A stretch of DNA of 64,000 nt, from contig OZ244048.1 in the NCBI GenBank assembly GCA_965215265.1, forward strand, positions 1,888,001 to 1,952,000. The letters are read 5' to 3'. The position numbers and the translations under genes were made by a program. The notes beneath the pieces are model-generated. The model made no database searches and was not told the DNA's origin. It was given only the letters and a program-made list of their open reading frames with translations. This DNA is from Candidatus Poribacteria bacterium. Its GTDB lineage: Bacteria; Poribacteria; WGA-4E; WGA-3G. This document shows positions 42,208 through 52,625 of the stretch, piece after piece; the stretch's first letter is position 1, and each line of letters starts with the position of its first letter.

Positions 42208-42272
42208 AGAGATGAGTAACCGTGAGTAGGGCTTGGTGAAGTTAAGAATTTAATCAGGAGGATAGATTAGCT

Positions 42273-43238
42273 ATGCAACCGATACTCTATGCAGGAACCA
42301 TCGGACAAAGTGTTTGGCGTAGCACAGACAGTGGTGATACATGGCAACGGGCGAGTAACGGCATTTTTCCAGAGGCTGATGTTCGTGCTATCGTTGTGAA
42401 TCCGAACGAGCCGCAGATCGTGTACGCTGGGACAGAAAATGGCGTTTTCCGGACAGAGAATTCCGGGGACGAATGGTACCATATCCCTAGTCCTATGGAT
42501 GGACGAGAAGTGTGGGCACTCGCCGTTGACGCTTCGGCACCGGAGACGCTCTACGCAGGTACATGCCCCTCCGCCCTTTTCAAATCCACGGATGCCGGCA
42601 CGACTTGGAATCAACTTGATGTTGAATTGGCTCAAGAATGTGAAGGGGTGCCAATCATTCCTCGTGTGACTACCTTTGTGATTGACGCAGAGGATAGTCA
42701 AACCCTCTATGCCGGTATTGAAATTGATGGTATGCGGCTCAGTACAGACGGTGGAGAGACGTGGACAGAACGGAGTCAAGGGCTCAGCAGTTTGGATATC
42801 CATGGCCTCTGTGTTGTTCCCGGCGTGCCCAAAACCATTATTGCGGCCACTAACAACGATGTCTGCATGACAACCGATATGGGGCTACAGTGGACACCGC
42901 TCAACGTGCGGGAGCATTATCCGTGGCCATACTGCCGCGCTGCGTTTTATCTGAATTCGGATGCGGGCCGGGTCTTTATCGGGGCTGGCAATGGCCCACC
43001 GGGCGACCAAGGTGGCATTTTTTCCACTCATGACAATGGAAAAACTTGGAAACAGGCCGATATTGGCGGAATTGCCAACAGTACCATCTGGTCCTTTGCA
43101 CACAACGCTAACGTGAAGGATTTCCTAATTGCTTGTAGTGTGAGTGGGCAGCTCTACCGCAGCACGGATGCCGGCGATTCTTGGACGAAACTCGTGCATG
43201 AATTCGGCGAAGTTCGAGCCTTGGCAGTAGGCGGCTAA
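42273..43238 (+). CDS. BNR/Asp-box beta-propeller protein
   Basis: Repeated S-x-D-x-G-x-T-W (STDSGDTW, STDAGTTW, STDGGETW). Confidence 0.88.
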   Translation: MQPILYAGTIGQSVWRSTDSGDTWQRASNGIFPEADVRAIVVNPNEPQIVYAGTENGVFRTENSGDEWYHIPSPMDGREVWALAVDASAPETLYAGTCPSALFKSTDAGTTWNQLDVELAQECEGVPIIPRVTTFVIDAEDSQTLYAGIEIDGMRLSTDGGETWTERSQGLSSLDIHGLCVVPGVPKTIIAATNNDVCMTTDMGLQWTPLNVREHYPWPYCRAAFYLNSDAGRVFIGAGNGPPGDQGGIFSTHDNGKTWKQADIGGIANSTIWSFAHNANVKDFLIACSVSGQLYRSTDAGDSWTKLVHEFGEVRALAVGG

Positions 43239-43344
43239 GTTTTTTATTTCCGTTAACTTAATTTTTTTTGTTTGATTTCTGATACGCTTTAGTCATTAAA
43301 GCATTTTGATAACCAAAACCTTTTATAGGAGGCACATTTTTGTC

Positions 43345-44112
43345 ATGCGTTTTTTTACGTTTTCTTTAATCCTGTTTTTCATCATCGCAATGGCTGGTTG
43401 TGGCGGAGGTGAAGTCAACATCACTGAACCACCACCACTCAGTGAGGCGAAGCGCATCGTCATCACGCCATTCTTCTCTGATTCCGAGGCGGAGGAAGTC
43501 AACCAACTTGGCAGCCGAATCAGCGTTAATTTGGCGACGCGCTTAGAGCTTATCTTTAAAGAAGCAGAATGGGTATATGATATTTCAAGCAAGGTTCAAC
43601 CCGTTGCTGATAAACTCGCTGAATTGGGGCTTACCGTCAGCCAACTCTACACAGATCCGGCCTTAGCAGCGAAACTCAGCGAAGCGCTCAATGCAGATAT
43701 GCTGATTATTGGTAGAGTTGAGGAACCTAAACTGAGCCGTAACGACTATAACCAATTGCTTATGAAGCAAGGACGGCAAGGCGGTATTTCCGGGACATCA
43801 ACGTATATCCGTACACGTTTGACCGCGCTCGGAAATGTGCGTGTCAGAGTTGTGGATGCAACCGGGACGCTAATCTTTAATAACAGAATCCGATCTTATC
43901 TTAAGTACTGGTACGCCTACCAGACTCAGCAAAGTGAACAGCAAATCTTTAAGACGGAGGTTGATCGACTCGCCGATCTTGGGAAATATCTTCCCCTGCG
44001 AATTGCTTATATTCTGCACCCTACCGGATTCAAGTCAGAATCTGAAGAACAGATTTTGCTGAAACCGGATCTTGTGCTTAAAGGTACCGGTGGAATTGTT
44101 GAATTTAATTAA
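43345..44112 (+). CDS. Lipoprotein, hypothetical (CsgG/TolB-N-like alpha/beta fold possible)
   Basis: MAGC lipobox; IVITPF...ALNADMLIIGRV pattern. Confidence 0.65.
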   Translation: MRFFTFSLILFFIIAMAGCGGGEVNITEPPPLSEAKRIVITPFFSDSEAEEVNQLGSRISVNLATRLELIFKEAEWVYDISSKVQPVADKLAELGLTVSQLYTDPALAAKLSEALNADMLIIGRVEEPKLSRNDYNQLLMKQGRQGGISGTSTYIRTRLTALGNVRVRVVDATGTLIFNNRIRSYLKYWYAYQTQQSEQQIFKTEVDRLADLGKYLPLRIAYILHPTGFKSESEEQILLKPDLVLKGTGGIVEFN

Positions 44113-44229
44113 GACAGACCCAAAACGAATCTGCTTGGTGGCTCAGCATTGAAAACAAGGAAATTCCGGTTCAGTGGTTTTGATGTACCTGCCATCTCAG
44201 CAAACGGTGGTATTTCGGAACAGAATTCG

Positions 44230-44718
44230 TTAATTCTGTTCCAGTACCCCGGGATTCATGTTCTTCTCACTTCTCTTTTCAAAAAAACGTTCAATCTGCT
44301 GTATATAACTTTTCCCTTGCTCCAACAGCATCTGAGAGACCTTATACATTTCAGATGGGGGGAGTTCCTCATAAGGGTTCGCGATTGTTCTATAATGGCC
44401 GAGCGCGCTTTGAAAGAAAGATACAGTAGATTTGTCAATAGCCCCATGCTGTTGCATAATCCGAAAACCGTAATGCTTGTGTCGTGAGTACTTTGGATGC
44501 TGATTAAAACAAAAAGCGATAATCGCCGTGTTGATGTCTGCGATGCGCTGTATAATCATGAGAAAGCAGCTTTTGACGTAAGCATGGGTTAACCGGTCAG
44601 CAGTCATGTATTCTGACTCAGTATCTGGTAGTCCCTGGTGAAGTTGTTGTAAGCATTCATGCACGGCTGCAATTTTGCCACTCACAGGATTGTTTGCGGC
44701 GTGTCTGTTTTTTGGCAT
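44230..44718 (-). CDS. DUF86/HepT-like HEPN domain protein with degenerate active site
   Basis: IIQRIADINTAII...GFRIMQQHGAID...GHYRTIANPYEEL aligns to the DUF86 GFRN.LVH.Y region. Confidence 0.6.
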   Translation of the reverse strand: MPKNRHAANNPVSGKIAAVHECLQQLHQGLPDTESEYMTADRLTHAYVKSCFLMIIQRIADINTAIIAFCFNQHPKYSRHKHYGFRIMQQHGAIDKSTVSFFQSALGHYRTIANPYEELPPSEMYKVSQMLLEQGKSYIQQIERFFEKRSEKNMNPGVLEQN

Positions 44719-45237
44719 AGTATACTCCTTATCGATTCATAGTTAGTAGATTTTAAAATTACTGATACGTGTGCAATCCACCTCTTGCCCCGTCTGCTTC
44801 TATCTGGCGGCACAAGGTAAGAAATCCATTGATGGATTAAAGACTTCTAGGACTCAATCATCTATAAATAAAGGACTGAAAAAAAAGAGGCGTTTTTCTT
44901 TTTAGACTTAAAAAAAAATCAAAAGTTTAACACTGTTGATTTTCACGGAGAAACCAGTTTTTGCATGATAGGAAACCAGTGGCCATTTACTCTCACGAAA
45001 CCCCTCCGTGAATTGTCCTTGATTTATGAACTCATTTTTTATTGTTAAACAGCAGCAAGTCACCGATGCGCCTCCCTACATCTGGATTTTTAACAATTCT
45101 GCGATGTAGCAGGTAACTCTCGCTCACAAGTAAAGTGCATAGGGCTTCTTTTGAGGTTTTGGCGAAATCAACGCTAAGGGCGATTTCCATGGATTTGCAA
45201 GTGGCAACTTAGGTTATTATAGAACAGTAGGAGAAAG

Positions 45238-46218
45238 ATGAAAGCTATCATCAGAACGGCCGATGGGGATGCAGAAGTCTTGAAAATCGGACAGGTGCCC
45301 TCGCCGGAACCAATGGATACACAGTTACTGGTGGATGTTCACGTGACAGCGCTCAATCGAGCAGATCTGATTCAACGCCGCGGGGGATATCCGCCACCGC
45401 CTGGTGAATCCGAGATACTCGGTTTAGAAATTGCCGGGACAGTTGCACAAATGGGCGGTGCTGTAACAGGCTTTGAACCGGGTAGCCGTGTTTTCGGCTT
45501 AGTTGGAGGGGGCGGCTACGCCGAGCAAGCAGTTATTGATTACCGGATGGCGATGCATATACCGGACAAATGGGGTTTTGAACAAGCTGCAGCAGTGCCA
45601 GAGGTCTTTTTTACTGCAAACGAGAACATCTTCACCCTCGGGAGATTGGCACCCGGAGAAACGATTCTGATTCATGCGGGCGGAAGTGGCGTGGGGAGTG
45701 CTGGTATTCAAATGGCACATCATGCGGGAGCTCGTGTCTTTGTAACGGCTGGCTCTACAGCCAAAATTAATCGTTGCAAAGCACTCGGAGCAGTCGATGG
45801 AATCAACTACAAAACGGATGATTTCGTTGCGCTGATCCAGGAATTCACAAACAGGAAAGGGGTTGACGTTGTCTTAGACTTTATTGGTGCGCCGTATCTT
45901 GCCCGAAACCTCACACTTCTCAAGACGCAAGGTAGACTGCTGCAAGTAGGTTTGATAGGCGGTTCTAGTGCGGCAATTAACTTAAGTCTCCTCATGCGCA
46001 ACCGGCTCCAGATTATCGGTTCCGTGATGCGTCCGCAATCCGTTCTGGAGAAAATCAGCATTACAGAAAGGTTTGTCCACAGATGGCTGCCCCTCTTGAA
46101 GGACGGCACGCTCCAGCCTATTATTGATACAGTTTTTCCCTTGGTACAAGCCGGAGAGGCTCACGAATATATGGAATCGAACCGCAATTTTGGTAAAATC
46201 CTTTTAAAGGTACGTTAG
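45238..46218 (+). CDS. NAD(P)H-quinone oxidoreductase, PIG3 family
   Basis: ALNRADL.QR.G.YPPPPG, GLEIAG, IHAGGSGVG and GKILL motifs. Confidence 0.93.
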   Translation: MKAIIRTADGDAEVLKIGQVPSPEPMDTQLLVDVHVTALNRADLIQRRGGYPPPPGESEILGLEIAGTVAQMGGAVTGFEPGSRVFGLVGGGGYAEQAVIDYRMAMHIPDKWGFEQAAAVPEVFFTANENIFTLGRLAPGETILIHAGGSGVGSAGIQMAHHAGARVFVTAGSTAKINRCKALGAVDGINYKTDDFVALIQEFTNRKGVDVVLDFIGAPYLARNLTLLKTQGRLLQVGLIGGSSAAINLSLLMRNRLQIIGSVMRPQSVLEKISITERFVHRWLPLLKDGTLQPIIDTVFPLVQAGEAHEYMESNRNFGKILLKVR

Positions 46219-46385
46219 GGATTGTCGCTTGGAGTTACCTCGTTCCAAAAATGTTGAAGAATCTGCGCATGAAAAGCGACTAAACTGCATAAATTATCTA
46301 TACTATAAAAACGCATTTTTCATGTAAATTGGTAAAGGCGTTTGAGTACCTCAGTAGAATCTTACAGAAAATCGGAACCTTTACG

Positions 46386-49300
46386 ATGTGGAACCCTATA
46401 AAAGAAAATAACAGATACCTGTTTGTGTCTCTCTTTATCCTCCTTTTTGGAATGGCTTGCGTTGCGCCGGTTGAGGCACGTGTTCGTCACATCACAACTG
46501 CCGAAGGCATCACGCTACATCTGGATTTGCCGCAGCTTATGTATGAAGAAGAAGTCTTAGATGGTGTGACGTATCAACATGTTAGTTATGCCGGGTGTGG
46601 CTACTTGTCCGAACTCGGCATGCCGAAAGTCCCGGTGACGCGTGTGATGCTTGGTGTTCCACCGCGAGTGAACGTAGAGGTGGCAGATGTGTCTGCTGCC
46701 CCTATGCAGACGCGCGGTGGTATCCGGCTCTCCCGCGTGCCAGGGCTGCTAGCGCGTCAGACTTCTGCAAACAGAATCCCGGCATCGCTGGCACGCATTG
46801 TTGCAGATGGCTATATCCGCAGTCAACGGGTTGTAGTGTTGGAATTGGCACCAGTGCAGTACCTCGTTCAAGCGCGACAGTTACAGACGTACGCTTCGCT
46901 CACGGTGAACCTGCACTTTCGGTTATCAGGGAAAAATACCGGTTCTCCCTCAGCAATAGATGAGTTTCCGGGGTTCTCTGCCTTGCAGGGTCCCGTCGTG
47001 AAGGAGCCTGCTGTTTTTGAAGAAATGTTGTCGCGGTTACTGTTGAATGCAGAAGCGGCGGCTCCGTTTCGTATGCCTCGTCGTGCAGCGGTGGCGGCAG
47101 CTGTGACGGATGGGGCCGCTAGCACCCGCTACAAGATTTTCGTCGAACACACGGGAGTCCACGTGATTAGTGCAGAGTCGCTTAGGCGCGATTTTGACAT
47201 AGATGTGATTGGTACAAATCCGATGAACTTTCGGATGTGGCACGGCAGCAGAGAAGTACCGCTGTACATCAATGGGGCACAGGACGGCCGATTTGATGCA
47301 CACGATACCATCTTCTTCCTGGGTCAGAAAACCGACAATCCGTACACCCGGTGGAATATCTATTGGCTCACACAGGATGGACGCGGCACCCCGCCCCCTG
47401 CACGCGTGCCGAACCTAAACGCAGGACCCGCTGACCCCACAGCGACGCAGGTACCGTCTTTCCGAGCTATCGTTAACTTTGAAGCCGACCGGCTAACCAG
47501 TAACCTAGAATTTGTGAAACCGGATGCCGTGTCCCCGGGCAATAAACACGGCTGGTTCGATGCACTTGACTTCTGGTATTGGGACGGCATCAAAAATGGC
47601 GGCGATAGTGGAGAAATGCGTTTGGAAGTCCCTCTCTATGACGTTGCTAAAAGTTTTGACCCGCCGAAGATTCATGTAGAGCTGCAGGGTGGAACACCTG
47701 TCGATCATGAGATTCTCGTGGCCTTCAATGGTGTTCGGATTGATGTCGCAAAGTGGGAAGAGCAAGATACTTTGACCCTTGAGCGGACATTTCGGACGTG
47801 GGAGACGCTTAAAGATTTGGCGGCTGGTGAGTACAACGTCTTTTCTTTGGCGCGGGTCGACAGCACTTTTGAAGAGGATACAACACGCTATCCGTATCAC
47901 GTCTATGTCAACCGGTTTTCAGTGGAATACACGCGACTTTTCAAAGCGGTTGGCGACCGCTTATGGTTGCGGACTCCTTCTCGGGCCGACGCAGAATCAC
48001 GCCCAGGCCGCAAATTGCAATACAGAGTTGAATCTTTCATCGCACCGGACGTGCATGTGTTTGAGACGGATGGCGCGAACCTCACAGCGAAGCTGAGTGG
48101 ACTCTCTATTAAGGAGAAGCAGGTCGAACGGACAGAACGGGATAGGTGGCAGCATCTTATCACTACGGACACGCTTGGGCAGGATGCACAGATTCCATCT
48201 AAGACATATACTGTAACCTTTCAGGTGTCGGATGCGCGCACAACGCAGTTTATTGCAATCTCATCAGCAGCACTCCTGCAGCCAGTCCGTGTGGCATTAG
48301 TGCAGCCAAGTGAGCTCACCACCTCATCGCACGGTGCTGATTACCTGATCGTCACACATCCAAAATTCAACGACGCTGCGGAAACCTTGGCGGCGTGGCG
48401 CGCCACACCGAGTGGCGGCGGATACCGCACGAAGGTTGTCAGCACAGACGATATTTACAATACATTTGGGGACGGCCACGTACATCCGGAGGCCATTAAA
48501 ACGTTTTTTACCCACGTCTATCATACCTGGGAGCCCCCTGCGCCAACGTATGTCGTGCTTTTTGGTGATGCAACCTTTGACTTCCGCGGAATTGACACCT
48601 CCCTTTACCCCGAACCGCCACAAACGGATGGCTACATTCCGACACACTACATCCATACAGATTCGTTTGGGCGTACCTCGTCCGATCATTGGTACGCTAC
48701 TGTTTCTGGGTACGACTCCTTCACAGATTTTTATATCGGTAGGCTGAGTGCGGAGACGACAAGCGAAGCGATAACAATTGTTGATAAAATTATCGGCTAC
48801 GAGCAGCGTGCCCAGGACAGTGGTGGAAACCGGCGAGAGGATGGAGAGTGGCGCCGAAAAATCATCTCAGTTGCAGATGATGAAGTAAGCAACTCTGGAG
48901 ATTTTATCTTCAAAAAGAGCCTGGATGAAATCGCTAAAAATCATACGTTGTTGGGCTATGAAACCGTGGAAGTGTTTCTCGAAGATGTGATTGACGAAGT
49001 AGAGGCGCGCCCGGGGGATTTTCCTGGCCTCTTACCGCAACGTGTGGCGAAAAACCGAATTATTGATGCTTTCAATGAAGGGGCTGTCATCGCACAATAC
49101 GCGGGCCACGGCGGTAGAATCGGCTGGGCACACGAAGCGATTTTTGATAATGCCTCGATTGACTTGCTGGAAGAGACACCGAACACCCCGTTTATGCTGG
49201 TGCTGAGTTGCTACAACGGCTACTTTGACAAGCCAGGTGAACCAAGCATTGCGGAGAAATTCTTACGGAAACCGAGGGGCGGGATTATCGGCATGCTCAG

Positions 49301-52300
49301 TGCCACGCGTCTCACATACGCCGGCGGAAATGATGCCCTTAACCGTATCATCTTTGATATGGTGTTCAAACGCAACGTTGCACAGCTTGGGCCGCTGAGT
49401 TTTGATTCAAAAGTTGAGCTGCTAATAACAGAAGGCACAGGGCAAATTGATGTGATGATGGAGTACACACTCTTCGGGGATCCGGCGTTACGGATTGCCT
49501 TGCCTGAGTACGAACTTCGTCCCGAAATCTTAACGAAGACCGTTACTCCCGGTGACACCCTCCGCATTGCTGCGGGTTCGGTCCAAAATGTGCAGTATGA
49601 CCAGCAGACGCAAAGCAAACAGTTCACCCGAAACACCGATTTTGAGGGAACGCTCACTGTCAAAGCACTCTTCCCCGGCAAAAGTGCAATTGGACAAGGT
49701 GTTGCTGGGCCAGTCGAGTACTATACTGGCGATGTGATTGTCACCCAAACCGTACCCGTCACCGGTGGAACATACCCAGCGGTGAACATCACAGTTCCGC
49801 ATAATATTGCGTCCGGTGATGCGCATGTTGAATACGCTGCCGAAAGTCGTACAACTGCAGACATCGCGGTTGGGGGTGACGCATTTACCGTGGATATCCC
49901 GAAGATACTTGACATCCGACCCGAATTAGTTGGAGATGATACCTTCAGTATCTCTGTGGAGGTATCAGATGACGCTGCAGAGCAACTCGCCGCAGTCACG
50001 CTTGAGTGGCGCAATCCGGAAACACGGCAGTGGGCGGAGGTGGCACTTATCCCGAAAGAATCGAGCCCGAATCGGGGGTGGTGGACGGTGCCTGAGCCAC
50101 TTCCTGCACCGACAGACGGTGCTGTCATACGCTACCAGATTCGCGTCACCGATACCGATGGCAATAGTGTCAAAAGTGATAACTTGCGCTATTATCCGTA
50201 TGTCTATCCGAATCTCTCTGTTGTTGAGGTTTCGCGTGAAGCTATGATTTGGTATCACTATAGTAATACCACCAATCAGTGGCAGCTCTCTGCAGATCTG
50301 CAATGGGTAGGCGGCGATGAACAAACCTCTGTCTCTGTTAGTTTCTTTAGTGGTAACCCAGATTTGAACGAGGACGGGGTGATTGATAGCGAGGCAAATC
50401 AAATCGGGGTTACCCGAGTGAACTCAGCCGATTGGGTACAGCGTAATCCGTTGAAGAAAAACGGCGTTTATCCATCGGATCCGCTCAACATAAATCCTAT
50501 TGCTACAGCGACAATTGTGCACCAATTGCGCCGCGGCACACACGATATCTTTGTGGTGATTGATGCTCCAGGGACGGTGACGGAAAACGATGAAGAAGAT
50601 AATGTCGGCTACCGCCGTATTCACGTCGAGAGTGGAGTTGTAGGGCAGCAGCCGCGTCAAATTCCGAGTTTAGATGGAAACTGCGTCATCACTGCACCGC
50701 CAAACGTTCTGGATACCGAGGCTGTCGTGGCGATTCGCGCGCTTGGGAGTTCTACAGATTCCGAAGATACTGCGGCCCATCTGCAGCCAGTTGGTTCTCT
50801 TGAAAAAAGCTACCCCTCTGTTTTCCGGCTCCAACGTGCGCCGCTACCGGGTGATGTGTTTGGTTATGATATCGCCTTGCCGGACGGTGAACTGTTGTCT
50901 CGATTGAAAACTCCTGTCACGGTAGATTTGAATTTGGACATGGCCACACTGAGGGAGCAGTTGAGACAGGAGTTGTTGGGTGTTGACGTAACGCATGGCG
51001 GTGCGCAAGAAGAGGTATTGGATGTCGCTTCTACGGTGGCGGCGGCGGTGACTTCGCGCGCGCAGGAGACCGGGATATACCTCTGGAGCACGCCACTTGG
51101 TAACTGGACCCGGCTTGAGTCCCAAACCCTTTCCCAGGACGGGACCGTGCAGATGAAGGTTACGCATGTCTCCGCGCAAAATACCGGCGGTGGCCGGTTG
51201 CAGGATGTTCGCATTCATTCAGAAGGCGCACGTATCGGGAAGTGGGTACTACTCTGGAAGGCAGCACGTTCTTATCGCTTGTTATTAGCACCGACAGAAC
51301 GTGCTGATGTTGACGGCACAGATGCGGATGCCCCGCTGGTTGAAATTGAGCACTCGTTGGAAACTGTGGATGCCGCGCAGCAAATCATAAGTTTTAGCCC
51401 AGAATACCCGACTTTTAGCAACGGCATCGCGCTTGATATTGAGCCTGAGGCTTCTGACCCGTTTGCTTTCGGCGATGTTCTCTCTTTCCGTATCACGGAA
51501 CTCCCTGACCTGTCTGCTGATGAGAATGTTGCCAGTCCGCAGTGGTATGCCTCCTCGTTCCGGAGTGGCAATCAAGGCAGTGGTAGCCTGAGTTACATCC
51601 GTCTTGAACCGGATACCGCTATGCCTGAAGATCGGTGGGTGCTCCTCTTTGTCACAGAAACGGAATTTCAGTTGGAAGGCGAAAAAACCGGAATTCTACG
51701 TGGGTCAGACGGGATGCCCTACCGTGGGGAAAGCGGCATTCCGTTTGAATATGCGCCTTACGGCTTAAATCTTCTGGTGACGCAAGGCGAGCGTCCCTTT
51801 AGCGTCGGTGATAGTTTCCGATTTCAAACCCGGCCAGTCCGGACACTCCGTGCCACAACAGATATCCTTGGACCCGTGACACTCCTGCACAGCGATGATA
51901 CCGTTCCACCGGATATCCAGTTAACCGTCTCGTCTCAGCAGCACTTTGTGACAGGCGATGCAACGGGGGCGGAACCGGTTATTGGTGCAACGCTGACTGA
52001 CGACAGCGGGTTGGATTACATAACACGGCCTGTAACATTGGAACTCGGCACACCGGGCGGTGCCTATGAACCTATTGCCCCGGATACGTATCAGTTGACG
52101 CAGGTGCCGGGCTCGACCCAACTGGTTTTAACGTACGCGTCTCCGAAGTTGGAACCCGGCGAGTATAGCATGCGGCTTACAGCGAGTGATGTACACAGCA
52201 ACATAGGGGAGGCAGATATGACGTTTAAAGTTTACGGCAACCTACAACTCGTTTCTTTCCTTAATTACCCGAATCCGTTTGAGCACTCCACCAAACTGAC

Positions 52301-52541
52301 GTGTGAGCTCACGGCACCCGCCGATTCGATAGACATCAAAATCTATACGCTGAGTGGGCGGCTCATTCGTACTTTGTCACTGTTACCGACTGCCGGGTTC
52401 TTGATGGAGGAATGGGATGGTAGAGATGCAGATGGGGTCGAAGTAGCAAACGGTGTCTATTACGCGAAAATTCGCATCCAACCGCAAGGCGAAGGTGATA
52501 AAGAGATTACCGAGATATTGAAAATGCTGAAACTGCGATGA
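46386..52541 (+). CDS. Peptidase C25 (gingipain family), PorU-like sortase with C-terminal FlgD-Ig/T9SS-CTD-like domain
   Basis: Propeptide; ADYLIVTH, YVVLFGD, SDHWY, IGRL; catalytic GHG and LSC; LFGDPA; DTVPPDI; NYPNPF...IKIYTLSGRLIR...WDGRD..G..VANGVY. Confidence 0.85.
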   Translation: MWNPIKENNRYLFVSLFILLFGMACVAPVEARVRHITTAEGITLHLDLPQLMYEEEVLDGVTYQHVSYAGCGYLSELGMPKVPVTRVMLGVPPRVNVEVADVSAAPMQTRGGIRLSRVPGLLARQTSANRIPASLARIVADGYIRSQRVVVLELAPVQYLVQARQLQTYASLTVNLHFRLSGKNTGSPSAIDEFPGFSALQGPVVKEPAVFEEMLSRLLLNAEAAAPFRMPRRAAVAAAVTDGAASTRYKIFVEHTGVHVISAESLRRDFDIDVIGTNPMNFRMWHGSREVPLYINGAQDGRFDAHDTIFFLGQKTDNPYTRWNIYWLTQDGRGTPPPARVPNLNAGPADPTATQVPSFRAIVNFEADRLTSNLEFVKPDAVSPGNKHGWFDALDFWYWDGIKNGGDSGEMRLEVPLYDVAKSFDPPKIHVELQGGTPVDHEILVAFNGVRIDVAKWEEQDTLTLERTFRTWETLKDLAAGEYNVFSLARVDSTFEEDTTRYPYHVYVNRFSVEYTRLFKAVGDRLWLRTPSRADAESRPGRKLQYRVESFIAPDVHVFETDGANLTAKLSGLSIKEKQVERTERDRWQHLITTDTLGQDAQIPSKTYTVTFQVSDARTTQFIAISSAALLQPVRVALVQPSELTTSSHGADYLIVTHPKFNDAAETLAAWRATPSGGGYRTKVVSTDDIYNTFGDGHVHPEAIKTFFTHVYHTWEPPAPTYVVLFGDATFDFRGIDTSLYPEPPQTDGYIPTHYIHTDSFGRTSSDHWYATVSGYDSFTDFYIGRLSAETTSEAITIVDKIIGYEQRAQDSGGNRREDGEWRRKIISVADDEVSNSGDFIFKKSLDEIAKNHTLLGYETVEVFLEDVIDEVEARPGDFPGLLPQRVAKNRIIDAFNEGAVIAQYAGHGGRIGWAHEAIFDNASIDLLEETPNTPFMLVLSCYNGYFDKPGEPSIAEKFLRKPRGGIIGMLSATRLTYAGGNDALNRIIFDMVFKRNVAQLGPLSFDSKVELLITEGTGQIDVMMEYTLFGDPALRIALPEYELRPEILTKTVTPGDTLRIAAGSVQNVQYDQQTQSKQFTRNTDFEGTLTVKALFPGKSAIGQGVAGPVEYYTGDVIVTQTVPVTGGTYPAVNITVPHNIASGDAHVEYAAESRTTADIAVGGDAFTVDIPKILDIRPELVGDDTFSISVEVSDDAAEQLAAVTLEWRNPETRQWAEVALIPKESSPNRGWWTVPEPLPAPTDGAVIRYQIRVTDTDGNSVKSDNLRYYPYVYPNLSVVEVSREAMIWYHYSNTTNQWQLSADLQWVGGDEQTSVSVSFFSGNPDLNEDGVIDSEANQIGVTRVNSADWVQRNPLKKNGVYPSDPLNINPIATATIVHQLRRGTHDIFVVIDAPGTVTENDEEDNVGYRRIHVESGVVGQQPRQIPSLDGNCVITAPPNVLDTEAVVAIRALGSSTDSEDTAAHLQPVGSLEKSYPSVFRLQRAPLPGDVFGYDIALPDGELLSRLKTPVTVDLNLDMATLREQLRQELLGVDVTHGGAQEEVLDVASTVAAAVTSRAQETGIYLWSTPLGNWTRLESQTLSQDGTVQMKVTHVSAQNTGGGRLQDVRIHSEGARIGKWVLLWKAARSYRLLLAPTERADVDGTDADAPLVEIEHSLETVDAAQQIISFSPEYPTFSNGIALDIEPEASDPFAFGDVLSFRITELPDLSADENVASPQWYASSFRSGNQGSGSLSYIRLEPDTAMPEDRWVLLFVTETEFQLEGEKTGILRGSDGMPYRGESGIPFEYAPYGLNLLVTQGERPFSVGDSFRFQTRPVRTLRATTDILGPVTLLHSDDTVPPDIQLTVSSQQHFVTGDATGAEPVIGATLTDDSGLDYITRPVTLELGTPGGAYEPIAPDTYQLTQVPGSTQLVLTYASPKLEPGEYSMRLTASDVHSNIGEADMTFKVYGNLQLVSFLNYPNPFEHSTKLTCELTAPADSIDIKIYTLSGRLIRTLSLLPTAGFLMEEWDGRDADGVEVANGVYYAKIRIQPQGEGDKEITEILKMLKLR

Positions 52542-52625
52542 ATTTTATTTACGGAATATTGGACGATACGAGGCGAGGATAGGAGGTTGTTTATCTTATT
52601 CCTGATTCGCACGACGAAGACAACC

